From: a virus
Length of the DNA stretch: 64,000 nt
Reading direction: 5' to 3' (one strand)
Virus record (IMG/VR): IMGVR_UViG_3300046780_000088
Span: 22,783-86,782 of that record
Numbering within the stretch: the stretch's first letter is position 1; each line of letters opens with the position of its first letter. Under the pieces are notes generated by a model. The model did no database searches and was not told the DNA's origin. It saw only the letters and a list, made by a program, of their open reading frames with translations. The translations under genes were made by a program, and so were the position numbers. This document shows, piece by piece, positions 20,797 to 29,724 of this stretch.

Positions 20797-21580
20797 CGAT
20801 CTGCCGCAGTTTCTTGAACACGACCTTCGCCGTTTCCAATTGACCGTTGCTCAGTTTGAATTTCTGCACATCAACAACAACAATCACGTCGTGTATCTGG
20901 CCGATCAAATCGACCAGCGTTTCGTATGGATCGCCAGCAGCGATCAGTTGATCCTTCGTCGGTTCGAGTTCGGCCTTCTTTGCTGCCTTGTCTGCCGCTG
21001 CATCGAGCTTCGCCTTCGCCGCTTCCATCTTCGACGCGCTAGGATCGTCGCCAGTCGTCAGAGACTTCAGGGCAGCATTCAGGGTAGTCTTGCCGTCCCT
21101 GACCGCTTCTACGACCGCTTTAGGTGCTTCTGCGACGAGTTTCTTGGCCCGCTTCACGGTGACAGGCGAAACACCCATCGCTTTCGCCGCTTCCGGTTGT
21201 GTGAGCGGTGCAGCAGGATTAATTGATCCATCTGCCTTGGTCTTGCGCACGCCCTTCTTGCCTGTCGCCATCGCGTTCGCCAGCAATGCGCGCTGGCTGG
21301 TTGTGAGTGACCGTCTGTGCAGATTGAGCGACAGCACCAGCAACCGCGCAGCATGTTCGTCGCCCTCGAAGTTGTGAGTCTTGATAGCGATGCTTCGCTC
21401 GATACATGCATCGTACCGATGACGACCATCGAGTATCTTGCCTTCGAACAATTCGATTGGCACGCGCAGGCCGTTCGTTTCGATGTCATCGGCAAACGAA
21501 CTGTATTCGTCTTCGCCCATGCGCGGCACCATGTCTGCCAGTGGATGATTCTCCAAATGTTTCACGCTTACGAGTTCCAT
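20738..21580 (-). CDS. ParB-like N-terminal domain protein with HTH
   Basis: HPLADMVP..DIETNGLRVPI..ILDGRHRYDAC..NLHRRSLTTSQRA; TQPEAAKAMGVS. Confidence 0.85.
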   Translation of the reverse strand: MELVSVKHLENHPLADMVPRMGEDEYSSFADDIETNGLRVPIELFEGKILDGRHRYDACIERSIAIKTHNFEGDEHAARLLVLSLNLHRRSLTTSQRALLANAMATGKKGVRKTKADGSINPAAPLTQPEAAKAMGVSPVTVKRAKKLVAEAPKAVVEAVRDGKTTLNAALKSLTTGDDPSASKMEAAKAKLDAAADKAAKKAELEPTKDQLIAAGDPYETLVDLIGQIHDVIVVVDVQKFKLSNGQLETAKVVFKKLRQIVERNGPKRSHDKKTETVTS

Positions 21581-21935
21581 TTGTTAGCCTTTATATGAAA
21601 TACAAAATCGAAAACAGCAATGCGATACTCGACACCGCTGCTGCTTCAGCTTTCTCGCCATCCATGTATGCTTCTATCGCGCAACAGGCAACGACAAAAA
21701 TAGACAAACAGAAAATGAAATCACGCATCATCGAATGCCGGTGCTATCCATTGATACCACAATTGTCCGCAAGCGTAAACACAGACATGCCTATCAGTAT
21801 TGAAGTCCGTTAGTGGACTGAACTTCGAACCGGGATCGATGCCCCGCGCGCACCATACAACGCCCGATTCGTAAGGCGGTCGCTGTCCGCTCGGTGCGCG
21901 GTTTGTGATCTTGTCGCTGAGTCGAACAGGTAACA

Positions 21936-22841
21936 TCAAACGCTGCCCCGCGCCAGTGCGAACAGTTCGGTTGCCTCATCGCGCATCTGATCTGCTTTTG
22001 TGTGAGCTTCGAAAGCTTCTGTGTATGCTGCTTTCGCATTTCCTACCGTCACCGCGAGCATAGCCTTCGCCGATGCAGTGTCGTACACGAATCCGTATTG
22101 CTTGCGCAACAGGATCGATTCCTCTGCCAGCTTGTGAGCCTTGGTGATCATTTGTTCCGGTGTCAATGCTGCTGGTTGCGCTTGCTGTTCCATTCGTCGC
22201 CCTTTCCAAATGTTGAATATGTCCTGATGCGTTTTTGCAATTCTTCCTTTGCTTGTTTCTCGCGCAACCAATCATCGTACTGTTCGTCATGCGCGCGTTC
22301 CAAATCATCCTCTCGATCACTGGTGCACAACGGACAACGAGGCGTGTGTAGTACGCTCATCAAAAATTCCTTCCGTTTGGATCATACCATTCACGATGTT
22401 TCTTCATCACGTCGCGCAACGATTCGTTGTACAGATTGCGCTCGCCACACAGCTTGCATTTGCGATCAACGAATTGATGCTCGACTCCGGGCATCCGATG
22501 CCCCGGTTTGTAAGAACATAACCAACGAAAGCAGAGAATCATTTGTCACTCGCCGCTTGCGATGCGAGGGCGCGCGACGAGTCAATAGCTTCGTCCATGT
22601 GTTCGCCCCACAGTGACGCGGCATAGCCTGATACGTCAGCGTTTTGCGGGTCACGCAGCCACCGATACCGTTCCGCATCCCGCTCCAACTCCCCGCACCG
22701 CGCGGCCAGTGCGTCGTTGGCGGCGATGCGGCGATAGCAGTCTACGAGAATGGCGTCGATAGCATGACTGCCCGCGCCAATCCGCAGCGCCTCCCGTATC
22801 TCCGCCAGCAGTTCGTCAGGCCCGCTCACTTGGTGGTTCAT
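21936..22841 (-). other. Short hypothetical ORFs (21936-~22193, 22163-22363, 22360-22542, 22539-22841)
   Basis: Tiled ORFs. 22539-22841 has a DAERYRWLR motif common in small phage proteins. Confidence 0.5.
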
Positions 22842-23062
22842 GCGTTGCTCGTATCGCAGGCGTCAAACAACATACCGTCCTCGGCGGCAACAACCTTTCC
22901 CGGCGTCATGGTTCCCTGCCGTTGCTCGTCACTACTGCGGCGCGTGCGGTAGGTAACCGTGATAATTCGCTTCGGGTCGAAGCCAGCGTGGGCAAGGATT
23001 TGTTCGTAAGTTACCTCTTGTCTTGCAACATAAGTCTGCTTGCCGTTTATGTAGATATTCAT
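22838..23062 (-). CDS. Single multi-ubiquitin-type (beta-grasp) domain protein
   Basis: IYINGKQ..V...EVTYEQIL..A....ITVTY.....GTMTPGKVV..EDGMLFD..T pattern of the Multi_ubiq family. Confidence 0.72.
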   Translation of the reverse strand: MNIYINGKQTYVARQEVTYEQILAHAGFDPKRIITVTYRTRRSSDEQRQGTMTPGKVVAAEDGMLFDACDTSNA

Positions 23063-23675
23063 TTGACCTCAATCATGTAGCGGCGGGGGCACCACGGGCC
23101 GGGGCATTGATGCGTCCAGTCCGCGCACTCCCGCTCGCACCGCTTGTTATGTTCCGCGATCACGCCCTCTAGCGCCCGGTTGCGGGTGAGCAGGGATTCG
23201 AGTACAGGTAAGGCGTCGTCCGTCCACTCGATAAGCTCGAAGCGGTCACACACACCTTGGTATCGCTCGATCAAGTCGGCGGCGTCATCCTCCGGCGCGG
23301 CATCGATCCTCGCCAGCAGTTCAGGCCCGCTCACTTGGGCACCTCGATCATGTAGTTGAGCGGATCAGTACATCGCATACCGCCAAATGTGACCGACTCC
23401 CGCTCGCACCGCTTATTGTGTTCCGCGATCACGGTCTCTAGCGCCAATTTCACGCCTAGTAATTTGATGTTGGCGGCTTGCGCGCTATCCCTGTGCTGGC
23501 AGGCCAGCCGTTCGCGCACCAGCAGCTCCATGTTCTTGCCCTCTAGCGCCGTGCAGCGGGTGGAGAGGGATTCGATCATGTCGGCTGCGGCGTTTCGAGA
23601 TACGCCACCATGCGGCACGCGAAGTTCTTTGACTGTTTCCGCTACATCCTCCGGCGCGGCAGGGGCGGTAGTCAT
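23059..23675 (-). other. Two partly paralogous hypothetical ORFs (23059-23334, 23331-23675)
   Basis: Shared ALE.VIAEHNKRCERE..YMIEV.K C-terminus and a 50-bp near-identical repeat. Confidence 0.6.
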
Positions 23676-23941
23676 GATGCGACATACCCGGTGATGCGAT
23701 TGACTTCTTCAACCGCTTCTTTGAGGCTTGATCCCTTGATCGACTCACGATAAAACCGAACCGCAGCAACACGACCTTCGGTGCGCGACAGTTCCTTGAT
23801 ACGCGCCTCGAATGCCGGTCCACGCACGTTGATCACATCCAAGATCACTTGCGGATATTGATCGGCGAGCTTCACCAGCAATTCCAGCGCGTCAATCGAT
23901 CCACTGCCAACTTCGATCATGATCTGATTCAGCGATTTCAT
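23672..23941 (-). CDS. Protein with ribosomal L7/L12 C-terminal-like domain
   Basis: GRVAAVRFYRESIKGSSLKEAVEEVN resembles the K..AIK..R..G.GLKEAK..VE motif. Confidence 0.6.
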   Translation of the reverse strand: MKSLNQIMIEVGSGSIDALELLVKLADQYPQVILDVINVRGPAFEARIKELSRTEGRVAAVRFYRESIKGSSLKEAVEEVNRITGYVAS

Positions 23942-23943
23942 TT

Positions 23944-25578
23944 TTAACCTTTCTTCTTCAATGATTGGACAAGTTCAATCACATCATAGATTGAATTGTA
24001 CGTTGCACCGCCACTCGAATATGAATTCAACCTTTCTGTGAGTGCAAGTCTAACTTCTTCGAGTGCTGCATCGCGTATCCCATCCATGTACTCGAAGACA
24101 TCGCGCGGGATTTCATACGAACGCTGTCCGACCACGACGATCTTTGTGAGTTCGGTTTCATCTGTGATAACAGGATTGTGTGATGCCCAACTCACCTGAT
24201 CAAGTGTATCTTTACTCACGCCCACAGCACGCTCCGGTCGCGGCCAAATGCATCTTCCAACGCGCACAGCGCTTTGAATTTTGTGATCGCGCGCAAGACC
24301 ATCGCCATTACATACGCGCTGCCTTTCAATGCATTGTTATATGCACTGATCAAATGCTGCAACACTTTCGAGCGGTTCATCATTCACCTTTCTTCAAGCG
24401 AGCTACGAAACAGTTCAATGCGCTGATGACATGCGCCTCAAGATAGATTTCGTTTGTTACGTTGATGCCATCTTCGGTTGTGAGCAGAATGCTATCGCTG
24501 CCCTCTTCGTATGCAGCATACACACCATCGCCAAGATATTCTTTCTTCATCGTGACTCGATCACCGCGCGAGCTAAGGCGTCCACCGCGCGTTCAACTGT
24601 GTCGTCGCCTTTCAAGCAAACGTCTTTGAAATGCGTATTGCGCAAATCGTATGCCGAATCAAACACCGAATCAACAAACAACTTCTCACGCTCTGTGAGC
24701 TTGTCGTAATTCTCGTGTATCGCGTGTCTCATCATCAACCTTTCTGTGTTGTGCGCGGTGTGTTCCATATAGCCATGTGCGCCTCGTTCAACTTCTCGAT
24801 CAGCGTCTTGTGCCACGGTGCTGTGATTTGTGGCAAGTTTAACGCCATTGCATCGGCAACATAGTACAGACCGAGCAGTGCATTGTACTCTGCCGGTTTG
24901 ACCCGATCATTCGCGCGTGCAACAACATCGACCTTGAGCTTCGCGTGCGAACCATCGGTATTAACTAACTTGTCTCGCTTCATCTGTGACCTTTCTTATG
25001 AATGGCGGCGACCAGCGACATGCGCTGCACGCGAACCATAGACGACCACAACGAAAGCCGTGCGGCGATCCATACCCGCGACATTTCCAATCATTCTGCT
25101 GTTTCTTTGCCATCGTCTTTCTTTCTCTTTGTGAGCGGGATGAAGTTCGGGCCGTCGCGTTCGTCATCGAACTTCGACTGCTGCCACTGGAACCAACCAT
25201 CAATCCGCTCGATTCGATTCACGTCTTCATAGTTGCGAATCTGCTGAAGTGCCGCGCGACGTTCCACGCCCCTTAGCGACGATCCATTGTAGATAGCGCT
25301 GACCAAGCGATGATAATCGCCCCGGACGCGCGCTGATTCAACAATCGCTTCAATCCTCATTGTCAATTTGCACCTTTCTGTTTGACGCGCGCCGTTCAAT
25401 GCGCGAAAGCTACATCCTCTTCAAGTTCATGCAAGAACATCGGTTCCGATTCTTGGTGTCCCTCGAATCGGACAAAGATACTGTCACCCTGAACATCTGT
25501 GATCACCCCGGACTGCGGGTATGCAGGATGACTCCATACCACATGAAGTCCGACCCGCGCCGTTCTGAGCTTTGTCAT
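23944..25578 (-). other. First genes of the leftward operon: short hypothetical ORFs (23944-24267, 24547-~24768, 24735-24983, 25091-~25360, 25396-25578)
   Basis: Tiled ORFs. The first follows the leftward ECF promoter and RBS GAGAGG. Confidence 0.5.
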
Positions 25579-25604
25579 CGCATCATGCCTCTCTTTTGTG
25601 AGCA

Positions 25605-25648
25605 GGGTTTCCCCAAGGGTAGACACCGAGCGGCGCGGAAAGTTCCGT
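25605..25648 (-). promoter_or_regulatory. ECF (sigmaE-type) promoter, leftward
   Basis: ACGGAACTT-N15-GTCTACCCTTGGGGAAACCCT on the minus strand. Confidence 0.75.
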
Positions 25649-25974
25649 GGCAACCGAAAATAAGGTTTCAGGGATTTTCGGTTGACTCGTTAGAACGGCC
25701 TTGGTTGATCGGCGAGTCGCGGACATGGGAAGATGAGCGCCGACCACCGGGCGATCAATGGCGAGGCTTGTGAGCGGTTTGTTGCGCGTTATATGGCGAG
25801 CGCTACCCAACGAGCGATTGATTGCTCAAAATCGTATAGAACTAATAGTTATAATGACCGCCGAAAAACGAGCGATTGGAATATAGGGTTTTGGCCCGAA
25901 TCGCGGCCAAAAACTAAGTCATTGAATTATATAAGTGTGATAATAGAATCAAAGACGTTTTGGTCCTGACGCTC

Positions 25975-26083
25975 GGACGGACACGGACAAGCCTATAGGC
26001 TTTTGTCCTGTCCTGTCCAGAGTGAGCGGTCACTATGGACTGGTGGACAGAACGGACAAAGTCCGATTTGTCCCGTTTTGTCC
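25975..26083. repeat. Two iterated GGAC(A)/TGTCC palindromes; candidate replication origin
   Basis: GGACGGACACGGACAAGCCTATAGGCTTTTGTCCTGTCCTGTCC (25975-26018) and GGACAGAACGGACAAA-N6-TTTGTCCCGTTTTGTCC (26045-26083), next to an AT-rich tract at the strand switch. Confidence 0.55.
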
Positions 26084-26090
26084 GGTTTGG

Positions 26091-26210
26091 TTGCTTAGGC
26101 AATCATTGTCTCGGCAAGCAATCACGGAACTTTTTGAGTTATTTGTTGTCTACCCTTGGGGAAACCTTTGTGTGCTACAAAACGGATCATCATTGCTTAG
26201 GCAATAATTG
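26091..26210. promoter_or_regulatory. Paired operator-like sites TTGCTTAGGCAAT(C/A)ATTG flanking the rightward promoter
   Basis: Copies at 26091-26108 and 26193-26210. Related perfect palindrome TGCCTAGGCA at 26756-26765. Confidence 0.5.
26124..26168 (+). promoter_or_regulatory. ECF (sigmaE-type) promoter, rightward
   Basis: ACGGAACTT-N15-GTCTACCCTTGGGGAAACCTT. Confidence 0.75.
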
Positions 26211-26291
26211 CTCTGCCAAGCGTCGATCTGTACCGTACAAAAACGCGGTTTTTATTCCCCTTTAAAATCAACGACTTACACAGGAGCAGCA

Positions 26292-26537
26292 ATGTTAACC
26301 ATAAGAATCAATGGGTTAGATGGGAATCAGGAAATCTTCGAGGCGTCGGTCGTCGTGCGCCGTCCTGCATCCCTGCCCGGTAGCGCTGGTGCGCTTGAAT
26401 TCACGTCTGGTGGCGTCGAATGCCATGCTGCTGCTCACTTCGGACACGTCTACGTTATGAACGACCACGGCAAAACGGTCGCGGCATACGATCTTGGGAA
26501 GTGGGATGAGGATAAGCCAGCGGCGCGTAAAGCATAG
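26292..26537 (+). CDS. Hypothetical protein
   Basis: RBS CAGGAG; GHVYVMNDHGKTVAAYDL motif. Confidence 0.65.
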   Translation: MLTIRINGLDGNQEIFEASVVVRRPASLPGSAGALEFTSGGVECHAAAHFGHVYVMNDHGKTVAAYDLGKWDEDKPAARKA

Positions 26538-27013
26538 GCAAAGTGGTAGATTTTATTTGTCCTACATTCTTTACATATTAGGCATTATACGCAGTGCAGA
26601 TTTATCCGCGTTGATTATTAAGGACAATTCACCACTCCCATAATCTTGTCCAACCTGAATTAGAGGGTGTCTAGGACAAGATTCGACATTGTCCATGCCG
26701 AACAGCAGCATGGTCGAGCGGTGCGGTTTGCCAAGTGGGGAATCAGCGATTCCACTGCCTAGGCAACGATCTTCGGTCCACATGGATCAATTGATCCACG
26801 ATGCAAGCGATCGATGGCACGATCCTTGACGCCGACACGATCCATGCCAAAGGATCGTTGAACGGCGCACGGTGCGCGCAGATCGACGGACCACGACCGT
26901 TGGACTCCCCCCGGTTTCGCGTCGGGCCGTTCGACCACCCCCGGCTTCGGTTTTGTTCTGAACAGCGGCGCATGTCGTGCATCTGTGCCGGAAAATCAAA
27001 AAAAGGAAAAAAG

Positions 27014-27151
27014 ATGCAGATCGTCTTGATCGTGCTTTTGGTTTTGCTTCTTGCTGGCGCGTTCCCGATATATGGATGGGCAGGACCGTACGGATTGGTT
27101 GGTACGCTTCTTATCATCGTTCTGATTCTCGCGTTGCTCGGCGCTCTCTGA
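27014..27151 (+). CDS. Small membrane protein, DUF3309-like
   Basis: MQIVLIVLLVLLLAGAFP.YGW.GPYGLVGTLLIIVLILALLG; RBS AAGGA. Confidence 0.7.
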   Translation: MQIVLIVLLVLLLAGAFPIYGWAGPYGLVGTLLIIVLILALLGAL

Positions 27152-27471
27152 ACATCGCATTATGTCCATCGCCTCTGTTGCACCGAAAGATGTGCATCAA
27201 GCGTTGGATTTCCCTTTCACCGCGCGTCGAGCTTCGCTCGTTGAAAACAAAACATTGATCAAAGTGTCCGTTGCATCCGCCGTCAGGCGAGGAAGACCGT
27301 CAGCGGGCACGATGTTAACTCAGCCGACCGAGGGGTCGCGGTGTTCACGCACCGAACTGTGATACCACAACTGTGGTGCTGATGTAATAAATCACAGGTG
27401 AACAGAAGTTAAAGCAGAGCAAGCGACATGGGATGAAATTTCCAGAAAATCCAAAAAAGGAGAATATCCAA

Positions 27472-27804
27472 ATGTTGAACATACTGTTTGCAGTATTGAT
27501 GGCAATTCCGTTAACGTTCGTAAGTTGCCAAGCGAGGGCAGAGGATCACCGTGTTGGACCAGTGAACGGCCCGAACGTGACGATACAAACTGATCGTGAG
27601 CATGTATTCCCGCGCCACATCGAAGTACATCGTCATCACTTTCATAGCTATCGACATGGGCGCACTGAGTTTGGTGTTGTGATCGCAGCACCGTGGGTTC
27701 CGGGTCCGGGATATGCAGCGCGATCCGCATGGTGTCCTGATCCTGCCGGATATTATCCAGACGTGCAAGTTTGTTTTCAACCGTGGGTTCGAGTGATCAA
27801 CTAA
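27472..27804 (+). CDS. Secreted protein with C-terminal WCPDPAGYYPDVQVC motif
   Basis: Signal peptide and RBS AGGAG. The motif resembles small proteobacterial exported proteins. Confidence 0.65.
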   Translation: MLNILFAVLMAIPLTFVSCQARAEDHRVGPVNGPNVTIQTDREHVFPRHIEVHRHHFHSYRHGRTEFGVVIAAPWVPGPGYAARSAWCPDPAGYYPDVQVCFQPWVRVIN

Positions 27805-27818
27805 TGAGGAAAAATAGA

Positions 27819-28737
27819 ATGGTACATAAACACGAAGGTCAGACCAAGGTTCAACCGCCGAACGATTCGGCCTATCCGGGTCCGTATTTGCAAGTCGCCG
27901 ACTTGAAAGTCGATGATGCGAAGTATATTCAAAAGCGTGCTGGTTCAGTTTTCAATTCCATCGTCAAGGGCGATCAAGCGGCGAAGAATGATCTGATCAA
28001 TGCAGCGATGCAAGGCGCATACCGCGATGCTTCGCCGGGTGATACGCAACCGCAAGTGATTGCTCCGAACTTCGATGATTCGCAATACGCCAATCAAAGT
28101 GTGATCGATGTTGTTGCGGCATTCAACAAATTCAGACATCCGAATCGGTGATTTCACCAGCGACAAGTATTGTCATCGTCGGAGTGAGTGCGCAGACAGC
28201 GTTGCTCGCTCTTTGGGCGTTGGGCATCGAGCGATGGCCTTGGTTCATCAATCTGCTCCCGCTTGAAGCACTGATCGTATTCGTGCTTGGGCTGAGTGTG
28301 TATCTGGTATCAACGAAATCGAATCCATTTCAGTGAAGGAAAACATCATGGCAAAATACGGAAGAGTACCGCAAGAAAAAGATGCAGTCGCACCGAAGGG
28401 CGCGTTCGGACAACCGAATGGCGATGGATCGCACAACGACAAGCCTGATTTCGTTGGACAGGTTGTATCGAGTGACGCGAGGGCCACACACCGCGTTGTG
28501 AAGTCGGTTGGCAATCAGCGCGAAGCGGTTGCGCATTTCGCGCCGGTTCCGCAAGATGCGTCGGCATTCGAAGCGGCGGTAGAAGCTGCGAAGGTTTTGT
28601 CGAAGGAACAACCGGGTGCGACGTTCGATGTCGAAGGTCCGAAACCTGACGATAAGGCAGAAACGTCGTTCGTCGTGGAGACACCAAAACCGAAGGTTGA
28701 AGCGGCAAAGACTGAGACAACTTCTGCGAAGACGTGA
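27819..28737 (+). other. Hypothetical ORFs (27819-28151, 28148-28336, 28348-28737)
   Basis: Tiled plus-strand ORFs with RBSs. Confidence 0.55.
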
Positions 28738-28876
28738 GCGAAGCGCAATATTCATTCACTGACCTTGTGATCGCGTTCTGGATGGGCGCGATCTTTTTGT
28801 ATATGCTGCTGATCATAATGGCCGGTATCCAAGTGATGAAAAACAAACCGCCGAACGAACCGCCGACAGGCACGAC

Positions 28877-29380
28877 ATGAAGATTAAGAAGACGCGAAGC
28901 GACAAAGGCGTGCATAAACCTGCATCCGAAAAGAGTTTGCAAGCGCTGGTGAAGTACCGAGCGGAACATCCGGGCGAGAAAATTGGTGGTATACCGTTGG
29001 TAGTGTTCGATGCAAAGCAGTTGCAGACGATCACGAAGTTGCGCGCAGTAAGCACCCCGATTAGGGCTATTGCTCGCGCGATGGGCGTGTCGAACATGAC
29101 GTTCAATGCGATGCGCGAACGGCAACCGGAAGTTCAGGACGCACTCGATGCTGGCGACGACATGCTGTACAACAGGATCATTTCAGGTCGCACAGGATTG
29201 CTCAACGAGAAGAGTTTCGTTGCGAAGATTTTCTTAGCGAAGGCGTTGTTAGGACTACGCGATGGCGAATCAGTGCCGGGTAATACCGGGCCGCGCATAG
29301 TCATCAACATGCCCGGAGCGCAACCGCTGTCGAAGGTGATCGAGGGACAGGTGATCAGGGAAGATGACGACGAAAAATAA
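28877..29380 (+). CDS. Putative terminase small subunit
   Basis: HTH IRAIARAMGVS..F, AKIFLAKALLGLRD and C-terminal IVINMP; upstream of TerL. Confidence 0.6.
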   Translation: MKIKKTRSDKGVHKPASEKSLQALVKYRAEHPGEKIGGIPLVVFDAKQLQTITKLRAVSTPIRAIARAMGVSNMTFNAMRERQPEVQDALDAGDDMLYNRIISGRTGLLNEKSFVAKIFLAKALLGLRDGESVPGNTGPRIVINMPGAQPLSKVIEGQVIREDDDEK

Positions 29381-29724
29381 ATTCAGTCCGCGCGTCGGCG
29401 ATCCGAATTTCAACCCGCGTGCGTACTATGAGCGTGTGTATCTCAAAGACATCGAGCGTGACATCGACATGAAGGACAAGCTCAAGAAGGATGCAGCATG
29501 GCGGAAGATGATCAGGGACAAACACAATGAAACTGCTTGACTATCCCGGACTGACGATTGAAAAGTTCGATGACGGTACAGTTACCGTCAGTTTGTTCGA
29601 TCAGTATGTGGAATTTACGAACGAGGAATTTTTGTTCATGATGAAAGATTTGAATGGGAACATTGCACATGATGCGCGCATGGAGCGCGAGCGACCATCG
29701 CCGGTTGCCGTAGCTTGACGCCAT

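Noticed and set aside
23127-23445. 50-bp near-identical pair as a DGR template/variable repeat
   Set aside because: The mismatches are not adenine-specific and no RT is present. Local duplication explains it better.
870-25300. Numerous plus-strand ORFs over the left arm (e.g. 1048-1722, 7546-8262, 14717-15451)
   Set aside because: They are antisense shadows of well-supported minus-strand genes, with no RBS or domain motifs.
25129-25777. TTGTGAGCGG as lac operator or CRP sites (or vector contamination)
   Set aside because: Only half-sites occur, without the dyad partner (no TGTGA-N6-TCACA or full lacO noticed). They are part of the arm-wide polar motif.
26880-27012. C-run/A-run region as the cos/pac site
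   Set aside because: Only a superficial resemblance. Termini cannot be called without read-end data.
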